Positions 34,944-44,440 of a stretch of 64,000 nucleotides of DNA are shown here, piece after piece. The stretch is from contig DAIPYT010000001.1 in the NCBI GenBank assembly GCA_036782595.1, forward strand, positions 97 to 64,096. Direction: 5' to 3'. Source of the stretch: Mycobacterium sp. Its GTDB lineage: Bacteria > Actinomycetota > Actinomycetes > Mycobacteriales > Mycobacteriaceae. The notes below the pieces were generated by a model. It was not told the origin of the DNA. It saw only the letters and a list, made by a program, of their open reading frames with translations, and ran no database searches. The position numbers were made by a program, and so were the translations under genes. How positions within the stretch are numbered: position 1 is the stretch's first letter; each line of letters begins with the position of its first letter.

Positions 34944-36104
34944 TTAGGGCGGCGATCCGGCTTTCGGCAACAGGTCCCGGAGGTCGTCGGCCAACCCGGC
35001 GCCGCCGAGCGCGGCTCGGAATTCGTCGACGCGATGCGCAGCCTTGCCACCCACCTCTGCGAGCAGCCGGGATACCGCATCCGGAGCCGATACCGGGATG
35101 TCCCGCAGCCCTAGTCTCCGCATGTCTGCCAGGGCCGGCCACCGCCCCGTGACGACCGGTAATCCCAGCGCTGCCGCTTCCGCGGCGGGGACGCCCCAAC
35201 CCTCCCACGCGGAGGTGAGTAACACCGCATCAGCGGCGGCATACATGTCGGCCCGGCTGCCGCAGTGACCCGGGTGAAAGATGTAGCGGCCCCGGCCCTC
35301 CAGAGGATCGCGGCCAGCGCCGGTCAGCCAGTACACCACTCGGCCATCCCACCGGCGGCAGACAGAGTCGGCGAATCTGGCAGCAACCTCCACCTGTTTG
35401 CGCCGATAGGGGGTAACCGGGTGCAGAAGCACCAGGTCGCGATCGGAAAAGCCGAAATCACGCCGACATGCCGACCGATCCCCGTCGAGCAGGGTGTCCA
35501 GTTCGAGGGTGTTGAACAGCACATTCGAGTGGATGCCGCGGCGCTGACGCAACTGCGCGCCGACATGTGAACTGATGGCGACGTGGCAGGCTCCGCGCGG
35601 GTTGAGGGGGAAGCGATCGTCGCGGCCTCGGGCGTGGTGATCCCAGTCTGGGTCGTGATGGCGGACCACCATCCGCATGCCGGCTTCTTCAAGCGCCGCG
35701 ACAAGGCAGACCACGTTGGCGGTCGCTGTCGGAAGGGTTGCGATGTTATCCAGTACCGCACAGCCCCCACGCCCTCCGCCGGCCTTGAGCACTGCGGCGA
35801 TTTCGGACTGGGTGAGGGCTGGTGCTTGACCGAAGCGGCCCGGGGCAAGCTCCGGACGCCACAGTGCGGGCAGCGTCAGCACAGCGGCGGCCCTGATCGG
35901 ATTGTGGGAAAGCAGACGGCCGGCGGCGGCGGTCACCGTGTAACCGAGCCCGCCAAGAGCGTGGATCCATTTGGCCGCCTCGATGCTCACCCCGTCATAG
36001 CCCCCGAGTTGGTGGCTTATGTAGACGAGTCTCCGCTGCTGTGTCACAGTCAGGCCAGGTTTGATCGCCGCGGGTAGGCCGGGGTCCCCGGCCTCGAACG
36101 TCAT
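34944..36104 (-). CDS. GT-B glycosyltransferase family 4
   Basis: 'GGYDGVSIEAAKW', 'HHD', 'RRKQVE', 'YAAADAVLLTSAWEGWGVPAAEAAA' (EX7E). Confidence 0.85.
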   Translation of the reverse strand: MTFEAGDPGLPAAIKPGLTVTQQRRLVYISHQLGGYDGVSIEAAKWIHALGGLGYTVTAAAGRLLSHNPIRAAAVLTLPALWRPELAPGRFGQAPALTQSEIAAVLKAGGGRGGCAVLDNIATLPTATANVVCLVAALEEAGMRMVVRHHDPDWDHHARGRDDRFPLNPRGACHVAISSHVGAQLRQRRGIHSNVLFNTLELDTLLDGDRSACRRDFGFSDRDLVLLHPVTPYRRKQVEVAARFADSVCRRWDGRVVYWLTGAGRDPLEGRGRYIFHPGHCGSRADMYAAADAVLLTSAWEGWGVPAAEAAALGLPVVTGRWPALADMRRLGLRDIPVSAPDAVSRLLAEVGGKAAHRVDEFRAALGGAGLADDLRDLLPKAGSPP

Positions 36105-36176
36105 CGCCCGAGCGTAGTCGGCGCTGAGGTAGCGTCACGGAACTGCCGTGCCGGTGAGGAGAGCGCGTTGGAGCCC

Positions 36177-38093
36177 ATGGAACCCTACAAACCGTCGATG
36201 GACTGGGGACACGAGTTAGTCCCGTCACTGCTGTGGATCCTGCAGTACTGGGCTGTCGCCGGGGTCATCACGTTCCTCGTCCTGGTTCTGCTGGCCCGTT
36301 TCACCGTGTGGGGTCGGCAGTACTGGCGGATCACCGGCGATTACTTCACCGGGCGCGAGTCGGTGAAGGTCTGGATCTGGTTGGCCGTCCTGCTGCTCTC
36401 CGTGATGATCTCGGTCCGGATCAACGTGCTGCTCAGCTATTTCAGCAACGACCTCTACACCTCATTGCAGGTCGCCTTCCAGGCCGGAAGCGCCAACGAA
36501 CCGGAAATCCGGGCCGAGGCGATCCACGGTTTCTGGGTCGCGTTGGGCATCTTCGGCATCCTGGCCACCATCTACATCAGCCAGGTGATGCTCGACATCT
36601 ATCTGACCCAGCGGTTCATCATCCGATGGCGGACCTGGCTCACCTACCGCCTGACCGGCGACTGGCTCAGCGACCGCGCGTACTACCGCTGCCGGTTCAC
36701 CGACTCCAACACCGACAACCCCGACCAACGTATTCAGCAGGACATCGACGTCTTCACCACCGGGGTGGGAAGCTCTCCCAACACCCCGACGGTGGGAACC
36801 GGCTCGATGCTCATTTTCGGGTCCGTCTCATCGGTCTGCACCGTCATCGCCTTCGTCCCGATCCTCTGGAACCTCTCCGGTCCGGTGACACTGTTCGGCT
36901 TCACCATGGAACGGGCGCTGTTCTGGATTGCGTTCATCTACGTGTTGTTCGCCACGGTGGTGGCGTTCTGGATCGGCCGGCCGCTGATTCGACTGAGCTT
37001 CCGCAACGAGTTGACCAACGCCGCTTTCCGGTACGCCCTGGTGCGGCTGCGGGACGCCGCCGAGGCGGTGGGCTTCTACCGCGGGGAGGCCACCGAACGC
37101 AGCATCCTCAAAACGCGATTCGACAACATCATCGCCAACTACCGGCGGTTCGTTCGGCGGACGCTCGGGTTCACCGGGTGGAACCTGACGATGAGCCAGA
37201 TCATCACCCCACTGCCCCTCGTCGTCCAGGCTCCCCGGCTGTTCAAGGGCGAGATGGACTTCGGCGACGTGACCCAATCCGCCAGCGCGTTCTCCAATAT
37301 CAGCGACTCGCTGTCGTTCTTTCGCAATGCCTACGACCAGTTCGCCGGCTACCGCGCCTCCATCATCCGTCTGCACGGACTGGTCGAGGCCAACGCCGAT
37401 GCCACCGACATGCCGAGCTTGGAGACCCTGCCCAGTACCGACGGATCGGTGCAACTGAACCGCGTCGAGGTCCGCACGCCCGACGGGGGCCAACTGCTGG
37501 ATCCCCTGGATCTGCGGCTGGAACCCGGCGACAGCATGGTGATCACCGGGCGCTCCGGCTCCGGCAAGACCACGCTGCTGCGAAGCCTGGCCCAGATGTG
37601 GCCGTACACAACGGGATCGGTGAGCCGCCCCCTCGACGGCCACGAGACGATGTTCCTCTCGCAGTTGCCGTATGTGCCGTTGGGCGACCTACGCACGGTG
37701 GTCTGCTACCCGGCACGATCCGGCGACATTCCCGACGAGGAGGTGCTGCGGGCGCTGTCGAAGGTGGCTCTGACGCATCTGAGCGGCCGACTCAACGACG
37801 AGCAGGACTGGGCCAAGGTGCTCTCCCCAGGCGAGCAGCAGCGGGTCGCCTTCGCCCGGATTCTGCTCAACCGCCCGAAGGTGGTGTTCCTCGACGAAGC
37901 CACCTCCGCCCTCGACGAGGGCCTCGAGTACGTGGTCTACGACCTGATCCGCACCGAACTGCCCGACACCATCGTGGTCAGCGTCAGTCACCGGCCGGCG
38001 GTGGACGACTACCACGAGCAGCACCTGGAACTGCTCGGCGACGGCGCCTGGCGGCTCGGCCGGATCAAGGGGGGCGAACCCGCACCGGTATGA
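36177..38093 (+). CDS. bacA: BacA-like (Rv1819c, ABCD-type) ABC transporter, copy 1
   Basis: DNPDQRI, EAVGFYRGE, Walker A GRSGSGKT, LSPGEQQR, FLDEATSALD, VSHR. Confidence 0.92.
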   Translation: MEPYKPSMDWGHELVPSLLWILQYWAVAGVITFLVLVLLARFTVWGRQYWRITGDYFTGRESVKVWIWLAVLLLSVMISVRINVLLSYFSNDLYTSLQVAFQAGSANEPEIRAEAIHGFWVALGIFGILATIYISQVMLDIYLTQRFIIRWRTWLTYRLTGDWLSDRAYYRCRFTDSNTDNPDQRIQQDIDVFTTGVGSSPNTPTVGTGSMLIFGSVSSVCTVIAFVPILWNLSGPVTLFGFTMERALFWIAFIYVLFATVVAFWIGRPLIRLSFRNELTNAAFRYALVRLRDAAEAVGFYRGEATERSILKTRFDNIIANYRRFVRRTLGFTGWNLTMSQIITPLPLVVQAPRLFKGEMDFGDVTQSASAFSNISDSLSFFRNAYDQFAGYRASIIRLHGLVEANADATDMPSLETLPSTDGSVQLNRVEVRTPDGGQLLDPLDLRLEPGDSMVITGRSGSGKTTLLRSLAQMWPYTTGSVSRPLDGHETMFLSQLPYVPLGDLRTVVCYPARSGDIPDEEVLRALSKVALTHLSGRLNDEQDWAKVLSPGEQQRVAFARILLNRPKVVFLDEATSALDEGLEYVVYDLIRTELPDTIVVSVSHRPAVDDYHEQHLELLGDGAWRLGRIKGGEPAPV

Positions 38094-38138
38094 CGCCATT
38101 GGGTGACATGCTGTGCCGCGAGGCGGAGGTGAAAGCCG

Positions 38139-40049
38139 ATGGACATGTACGAACCCTCGCTGGACTGGGCGAACGAGATCCCGCAGTCCCTGCTGTGGAC
38201 CGGCAAGGCGTGGCTGATCACGGCGGTCGCGACGGTGATCGTGCTGGTGTGTCTGGCCCGCTACACCACCTGGGGCCGGCAGTTCTGGCGGGTGACCGGC
38301 GGCTACTTCCACGGGCCGGGCAGCCTCCGGGTGTGGGCATGGCTGGGTCTTCTGTTGTTCCTGACGCTGATCACGGTGCGGCTCAATGTGCTACTGAGCT
38401 ATCAGGCCAACGACCTCTACTCCTCGCTGCAGGTGGCGTTCGAGGGAAACGGGGCCGGTGATACGGCGGTGCGTGACTCGGGCGTGCAGGGCTTCTGGAC
38501 GGCCATCATCACCTTCGGCCTGATCGCCGCGCTGTACATCAGCCGCGAAATGCTCGACATCTATCTGACCCAGCACTTCATCATCCGCTGGCGGATCTGG
38601 CTGACCGACCGCCTCACCGCCGACTGGCTCGACGACGAGTCGTTCTACCGAGGCCGGTTTCTCGACCACCCGATCGATAACCCCGATCAGCGCATCCAAC
38701 TCGACATCGACGCCTTCACGGCCGGCACCGGAACCGGTATCAACACCCCCACCGCCGGGACCACCACCACCCTGCTGTTCGGCGCGATCAACGCGATGGT
38801 CTCGGTGGTGGCTTTCACCCCGATCCTGTGGAACCTGTCCGGGCCGCTGACATTCTTCGGGATCACCCTGGACCACGCCCTGTTCTGGATCGCGCTGATC
38901 TACGTCTTCGCCACCACCGTCGTCGCGTTCTGGATCGGCCGCCCGCTGATCCGGTTCAGTTTCCGCAACGAACTGACCAACGCCGCCTTCCGGTACGCGC
39001 TGGTGCGGATGCGCGATGCGGCCGAGTCGATCAGCTTCTACCGCGGAGAGGAGGCCGAAAAGTCTGTTCTGCGATCGCGATTCGCGGCGATCATCTCCAA
39101 CTATCGCGGTTATGTGGTGCGCACGCTTGGGCTGCTGGGCTGGAACCAATCGATCAATCAGATCATCAACCCGCTACCGCTGGTGGTTCAGGCGCAACGA
39201 CTGTTCTCCGGCCAGATCAGCTTCGGCGATGTGACCCAGTCCGCCAGTGCCTTCAACAGCGTGCACGACTCGCTGTCGTTCTTCCGGGCCGTCTATGACT
39301 CCTTCGCCTCGTACCGGGCCACCATCATTCGACTCGACGGCCTGGTGGTCGCCGACGAACAGGCCCGCGATCTGCCTCGGCTGTCTGCCGAGCACAGCGA
39401 CGACGGCTCACTGGAACTGCGGGACGTCAACGTCCGCGACCCGCACGGTGGACTCCTCTTAGGTGACCTGAACCTCAAGCTCGAGATCGGCGAATCGCTG
39501 GTGATCACCGGGCCTTCGGGGTGCGGACGGACCACTCTGCTGCGCAGCATCGCCCGACTGTGGCCTTTCGCCACCGGAACCGTCCGCAGGCCCGACGGCG
39601 ACTCCGATGCGATGTTTTTGTCCCAGGTCCCGTACCTGCCACTGGGTGATCTGCGTGCGGTGCTGTCCTATCCCGACCGGGAGTGCACGGTGCCCGACGA
39701 GGAACTCGTGGCCGCCCTCGACTCGGTCGCACTCGGCCATCTGGCCACCCGGCTCAACGAGTCCCACGACTGGTCGAAATCGCTATCTCCCGGCGAGCAG
39801 CAGCGCATCGCGTTCGCCCGGGTTCTGCTGCAGAAGCCGAGACTGATCTTCCTCGACGAATCGACCTCGGCGATCGATGAGGGACAGGAGTTCGCGATCT
39901 ACCGGATGCTCAACGAGCGACTGCCCGACAGCATCATGGTGTCGGTGACCCACCGCGGCACGGTCGAACAACACCACGACCATCGCCTGAGACTGCTCGG
40001 CGACGGACGGTGGGAGCTGGACCGGGACCGCAGATCGGCACGGGTCTGA
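38139..40049 (+). CDS. BacA-like ABC transporter, copy 2 (Walker A GPSGCGRT)
   Basis: Same architecture as copy 1: DNPDQRI, LSPGEQQR, FLDESTSAID. Confidence 0.92.
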   Translation: MDMYEPSLDWANEIPQSLLWTGKAWLITAVATVIVLVCLARYTTWGRQFWRVTGGYFHGPGSLRVWAWLGLLLFLTLITVRLNVLLSYQANDLYSSLQVAFEGNGAGDTAVRDSGVQGFWTAIITFGLIAALYISREMLDIYLTQHFIIRWRIWLTDRLTADWLDDESFYRGRFLDHPIDNPDQRIQLDIDAFTAGTGTGINTPTAGTTTTLLFGAINAMVSVVAFTPILWNLSGPLTFFGITLDHALFWIALIYVFATTVVAFWIGRPLIRFSFRNELTNAAFRYALVRMRDAAESISFYRGEEAEKSVLRSRFAAIISNYRGYVVRTLGLLGWNQSINQIINPLPLVVQAQRLFSGQISFGDVTQSASAFNSVHDSLSFFRAVYDSFASYRATIIRLDGLVVADEQARDLPRLSAEHSDDGSLELRDVNVRDPHGGLLLGDLNLKLEIGESLVITGPSGCGRTTLLRSIARLWPFATGTVRRPDGDSDAMFLSQVPYLPLGDLRAVLSYPDRECTVPDEELVAALDSVALGHLATRLNESHDWSKSLSPGEQQRIAFARVLLQKPRLIFLDESTSAIDEGQEFAIYRMLNERLPDSIMVSVTHRGTVEQHHDHRLRLLGDGRWELDRDRRSARV

Positions 40050-40053
40050 CGCG

Positions 40054-41517
40054 CTAAACCAGCTTCGCGACCGCAGCCGCGTGCACGCCGGCCCGACGGC
40101 CGAAGAAAGAACCGGAACCCAATTGCGTTCCGCTGGAGTACCCCTTGCCGTCCTGGGCGAGGTTGGAGGCGCAGGCGCCCGCCGCATACAAACCGGCGAT
40201 CACCGTGCCGTCCTCGCCTAGCACCCGCCCGTCGACGTCGGTGGCCAACCCCCCGACGGTGAAGCCGGAGTACATCGCCTTGCCCAGCGACAGGTCGAAG
40301 GCCGCCCACGGTCCTTTGTCCTGTGCGGCAAGGAATTCCGGCTGTTTGTGAAAGTCGGGATCTTCTCCTCGAGCCGCGTGGGTGTTGTAGCGCTCCAGGC
40401 TGGCTACCAGCCTCCCCGCCGGGATACCGAGCGCGGACTCCATCTCCTCCACGGTCTCCCAGCCGTCGATGAACTTGATCAGCGGGAACTCCGGGCGCTG
40501 CAGGTGTTCCTCGTCGACGATCAGGTAGGCCACGCTGTCGGGTTGGTCCATCACGAAACCCGACGTGCGGGAATGGTAGGAATCCTCGGCGACGAACCGC
40601 TCGCCGAGTTTGTTGACGATGATCCCGGTGAGCAGTATCGCCGGCGGATAGGGCGGCGCCGTGATGAAGGCCTGATCCATGTGTTTGGTCGCACCACCGG
40701 CGGAGACACCCAGCCGAATCCCGAGACCGTCGTCATAGGTGTTGCCCAGGACGAAGGGTTTCTCGGCAAGTTTCGGCGTGTAGGCGGCGACCATGTCCTT
40801 GTTCATCACGAAACCGCCCGCGGCGATCACCACGGCGCGGGCGCGGATCGCCCCGGTCTCACCGAAGTGCTTCCACACCACCCCGGCCACCGCGCCGTCG
40901 TCGACGATCAGCTGCGTCGCACCGGTCTCGTAGCGGATCGCGACGCCGAGTTCGACGGCCCGCTTGAGCAGCAGGTCGATCACCATGGCCGCGCCCTGGG
41001 TGTCGCCCGGTACCGGGACCTTATGCCCGCGCGGTGCCGGCACCGCGAGATCCTTGAAGGGCCAGACCTTTTCGTTCCCGGTGTACATCAGCCCCTGGGT
41101 GCCGGGCTGGATCACCGCCTTCTCCGGGTAGTAGCTGCGCTCGAAGTGCACGCCGAGATCCTCGAGCCAATTGAAGTGCTCGACACTGTCCTCGCAGTAG
41201 GCCCGGATCTTGTCGTATTCGGGTTCACGGGACATCTCGACCAGGTACTTGTACATCTCCTCGGCGCTATCGGGATGACCGGTAGCCTGCTGGACCGCGG
41301 TGCCGCCGCCGAGATAGAAGTGACCGCCGGCCAGGGCGGTGGTGCCGCCGGCCACCCCGGCGCGTTCGAGAACCAGCACCCGGGCGCCGGCGGCCGCGGC
41401 CGATACGGCCGCACACCCGCCTGCGATTCCGAAGCCGATCACCAGGACGTCGACGTCGTCGGAGTAGTCACCGACCGCCGAGGCGTTGATGACCGCTGGA
41501 ATATCGCGCCCGCTCAC
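40054..41517 (-). CDS. FAD-binding flavoprotein, Rv1817-like (probable 3-ketosteroid delta-4-(5-alpha)-dehydrogenase)
   Basis: GFGIAG, GGTTALAGG, AAGGF, GLYAAG, 'YSSGTQLG'; KstR-like site upstream. Confidence 0.8.
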   Translation of the reverse strand: MSGRDIPAVINASAVGDYSDDVDVLVIGFGIAGGCAAVSAAAAGARVLVLERAGVAGGTTALAGGHFYLGGGTAVQQATGHPDSAEEMYKYLVEMSREPEYDKIRAYCEDSVEHFNWLEDLGVHFERSYYPEKAVIQPGTQGLMYTGNEKVWPFKDLAVPAPRGHKVPVPGDTQGAAMVIDLLLKRAVELGVAIRYETGATQLIVDDGAVAGVVWKHFGETGAIRARAVVIAAGGFVMNKDMVAAYTPKLAEKPFVLGNTYDDGLGIRLGVSAGGATKHMDQAFITAPPYPPAILLTGIIVNKLGERFVAEDSYHSRTSGFVMDQPDSVAYLIVDEEHLQRPEFPLIKFIDGWETVEEMESALGIPAGRLVASLERYNTHAARGEDPDFHKQPEFLAAQDKGPWAAFDLSLGKAMYSGFTVGGLATDVDGRVLGEDGTVIAGLYAAGACASNLAQDGKGYSSGTQLGSGSFFGRRAGVHAAAVAKLV

Positions 41518-41538
41518 CCGTTGAGGATATCGGCTGAC

Positions 41539-41552
41539 GAGAACGTGTTCTA
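41539..41552. promoter_or_regulatory. KstR-like operator GAGAACGTGTTCTA
   Basis: Matches TnnAACnnGTTnnA except one end base; sits just upstream of TATCCT (-10-like) and the GTG of the flavoprotein gene. Confidence 0.7.
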
Positions 41553-41555
41553 GTT

Positions 41556-42242
41556 TCAGCCGGCGGCGACGCTGACGACCGCCGCGCCGCCGTCCTGCCG
41601 AACCTGTTCGCCGGTGGCCTTCCAGGACACCGCCGCCGGCAGTTGGCCCCAGGTGCTGTTGAACAGTCCGACGATCACCGCGGTGCCGTCCCCGGCCAGT
41701 GTGTAGACCGGCCCACCGGAGTCGCCGCGCTGACTGAGGACGCCATTGGCCATCGTGAACCAGCCGTTGTTGACCCGTTCGACGGTTCCGCAGGTCTCGC
41801 CGGTCACCACGCCGAAATGGCAGATCGGCTGGCCCGCGGCCAGTGCGGCGTTGGGATCGACCACCAATCGGCGTCCCCCGGGAAGCACAGGGTTGATGGT
41901 GACCTCTTTGGCCAGGCTGATGGTCTCGTAATCGGAGATCACCTGATCAGTCCGCACGACGGCCCCGTTCGGGGTGTTGTCACGAGCGGTGATGACAGTT
42001 CCGATGAACCGGCCGTTGCGGTCGGTCACCGTGCCGTTGCCGCGGCAGTGTCCGGCAGAGAAGCCGATACGGGAGACGGGGTCGATGAATCCCAGGGTGC
42101 ACACGGTGGTGCCCTGCCGGATTTCCATGCCGGGAAAGACTTGAACATCTCCGTCGGCTGCGGCGGCCGGGGACAGAGCGGTCAGCACTGCCCCGGCCAC
42201 CGCAGCGACGATGGGGACGGATCGAAGGAAACGGGTCACCAT
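41556..42242 (-). CDS. Secreted S1-type serine protease (Rv1815 family)
   Basis: Signal peptide; triad motifs AGHC, SDY, GDSGGP. Confidence 0.9.
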   Translation of the reverse strand: MVTRFLRSVPIVAAVAGAVLTALSPAAAADGDVQVFPGMEIRQGTTVCTLGFIDPVSRIGFSAGHCRGNGTVTDRNGRFIGTVITARDNTPNGAVVRTDQVISDYETISLAKEVTINPVLPGGRRLVVDPNAALAAGQPICHFGVVTGETCGTVERVNNGWFTMANGVLSQRGDSGGPVYTLAGDGTAVIVGLFNSTWGQLPAAVSWKATGEQVRQDGGAAVVSVAAG

Positions 42243-42362
42243 ACACCTCGATCGGTCGGCGACCCGTCAACGACGCGGCCGCAATAGCGTGTCGACAGTG
42301 TTATCGGCCTGGTGGGCCAATCGTTACCGACTAGTTATCGCGGACCGTTCGCCGGTCACCGA

Positions 42363-42905
42363 TCAGGGGATGGTGATGACCTGACCGACCTCGATGTGGT
42401 CCGGGTTGGCGATGTTGTTGGCCTGAGCCAGCTCCATATAACGGTTGCCATCACCGAGGTACTGCTTGGCGATGTTGAACAGCGTGTCACCCGCCGCCAC
42501 GGTGTGCATCTTCTTCTCGACGGCCACCGGAGCGACCTCGACAACCTCTTCGGCGACCGGCGGCGGGGGGGCGTCGGTTTCGGTGCGCGACGACCATGCG
42601 ACGCCGTCGGCCGAGTACAGCACGACATTGCGGTCGTCCTGGATGACGAGCTTGACGTCCTTCTTGCCCTTGGTGTCGGTGTGCCACTTCGGGGTGTCGC
42701 CGGCGTAGAGCACGAAGTTGCCGTCCGACTGCACGTCGGCGCGATCGATGCCCTGGTTTTCGGTGCCGGTGGCCCAGACGGCCTCCCCGCGCGCGGCCAG
42801 GACGAGGTTGCCGTCGTCCTGCAGCGTCAGGGTGTAAGCCCCATTGCTGGAAGTGAGCGAGGCGCCGCGGCCCAGCTGCTGTCCTGCGTTGAGTGTGTCT
42901 CCCAC
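42363..42905 (-). CDS. Bulb-type (GNA) mannose-binding lectin plus LysM domain protein
   Basis: QDDGNLVLA, QSDGNFVLY, QDDRNVVLY repeats; LysM 'HTVAAGDTLFNIA...NNIANPDHIEVGQVITIP'. Confidence 0.92.
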   Translation of the reverse strand: MGDTLNAGQQLGRGASLTSSNGAYTLTLQDDGNLVLAARGEAVWATGTENQGIDRADVQSDGNFVLYAGDTPKWHTDTKGKKDVKLVIQDDRNVVLYSADGVAWSSRTETDAPPPPVAEEVVEVAPVAVEKKMHTVAAGDTLFNIAKQYLGDGNRYMELAQANNIANPDHIEVGQVITIP

Positions 42906-42995
42906 GCTTGTTTCCTCCTGTAGATACCGCCTTCTACTCGGCGGGCGTGGCCGAGCCTACTGGAAAAGTCCGGGTGGCAAACGGCGGCAGCTCTT

Positions 42996-44423
42996 TCAGG
43001 AATCGAACCCGAGGCCCAATCGGTCCAGGGTGCGCAGGAACAGGTTGCGCTGTCCGCCGCGGTGGTCGGCTCGGTCCAGCGACCACCGGGTTGCGTTGAT
43101 TCCGACGCTGGCAAGCGGCTCGGGCGGGAACGGCAGCGGCTTCTTGCGGACCATTTCCAAGGTGGTCCGGTCGGTCTTGCGCCCGTCCAGCAGGTCCAGA
43201 CAGACGTCCGCGGCGAAGCGGGTCGCTCCCACCCCCAGTCCGGTGAATCCGTTGACGTAGGCGATCCTGCCCTCGGCCGCCTGTCCCCAGTGCGCGCAGA
43301 ACCTGCTGTTGGTGTCGATCGGGCCCGCCCATCGGTGGGTGAATGTGACATCCTCCAACTGCGGGAAGGTGATGAAGAAGTGGGCCGCCAATTTGCGGAA
43401 CGATTCGGGACGGTCCTCGCGGCGGGGGTTCAGCCGCCGGCCGAAGTAGTACATCGCGTCGTAGCCGCCCCACACGATCCGGTTGTCCGCGGACAATCGG
43501 TAGTAGTGAAACTGGTTGCCGCTGTCTGAGATTCCTTGCCGGCCGCGCCATCCGATCCGGTCCAGTTGGGCGCTGCTGAGCGGTTCGGTAGCGAGCACAT
43601 AGTCGTAGACCGGGATGGTGTAGAAGCGGTTGCGCCGCACCAGACTGGGAAAGACGTTGGTGGCCAGCACTACTCGTTGTGCTGTGATGGTTCCGCCTGA
43701 TGTCACACACTCGATCGCGGCGGGACGAGCGTCGATCGCTGTAGCGGAGGTGTGCTCGTAGATCTGAACGCCCTTTTCGGTGCACGCTCGCGCCAGTTCG
43801 AGCACCAGGCGGGCCGGATCAACGATGGCGCAGGAGTCCGGGGAGAACAGTCCGGCCAGGTAGGTCGGCGAGTCGACGTGAGCCCGCACGGCATCGGCAT
43901 CCAGGAAGCTGCCTTCACCGTCGTCAGCGGCATCACGCAGCCACTGCACCTGGTGCGGTTCGGTCGCGACCCCGAGCATGCCGGAGCGCTGCCAATTCAC
44001 CCGCATGCCGTATGCCTCGATATCGGCCTGCATCCCGTCGAGATTGGCCATCCCCATGCGCTCGAGTGTGTCGAGATCATTCGGCCAGCGGGTTTTGCCG
44101 TTGTGCCGACCGTGGGTGAGGCTGGCGTCGACGAAGCCGCCGTTACGACCGGAGGCCGCCCAGCCCAGCCGTTCGGATTCGATGAGCATCACCCTCGCGC
44201 CGGGATTGCGCTCGATCGCATGCAAAGCCGTCCACAGCCCCGTGTAGCCGCCGCCCACCACCAGCAGATCACAGTGAGCCGGTCCGGCGAGTCGGGGAAA
44301 ATCCGGGCGTGGACCCAGTACCGCGGGGTCAAGCCACATCGACCCGAGAACGGTCGGCGCGAGGGCGGCCGTGATCAGCCGTTCGTCGACCGCACGATCG
44401 AACACTGTCTGCAGAGTGGGCAT
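42996..44423 (-). CDS. FAD-dependent oxidoreductase (DAO/PuuB-like)
   Basis: VGGGYTGLWTA, GWAASGRNGG, GFTGLGVG. Confidence 0.88.
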   Translation of the reverse strand: MPTLQTVFDRAVDERLITAALAPTVLGSMWLDPAVLGPRPDFPRLAGPAHCDLLVVGGGYTGLWTALHAIERNPGARVMLIESERLGWAASGRNGGFVDASLTHGRHNGKTRWPNDLDTLERMGMANLDGMQADIEAYGMRVNWQRSGMLGVATEPHQVQWLRDAADDGEGSFLDADAVRAHVDSPTYLAGLFSPDSCAIVDPARLVLELARACTEKGVQIYEHTSATAIDARPAAIECVTSGGTITAQRVVLATNVFPSLVRRNRFYTIPVYDYVLATEPLSSAQLDRIGWRGRQGISDSGNQFHYYRLSADNRIVWGGYDAMYYFGRRLNPRREDRPESFRKLAAHFFITFPQLEDVTFTHRWAGPIDTNSRFCAHWGQAAEGRIAYVNGFTGLGVGATRFAADVCLDLLDGRKTDRTTLEMVRKKPLPFPPEPLASVGINATRWSLDRADHRGGQRNLFLRTLDRLGLGFDS

Positions 44424-44440
44424 GGTGTCTGTTCTACCCG

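Noticed and set aside
36233..38461. 742-aa alternative-frame ORF over bacA
   Set aside because: Arg/Pro/His-rich off-frame translation typical of GC-rich DNA
41541..41550. GAAC-NN-GTTC as a LexA SOS box
   Set aside because: The actinobacterial SOS box has a 4-nt spacer; the 2-nt spacer fits KstR
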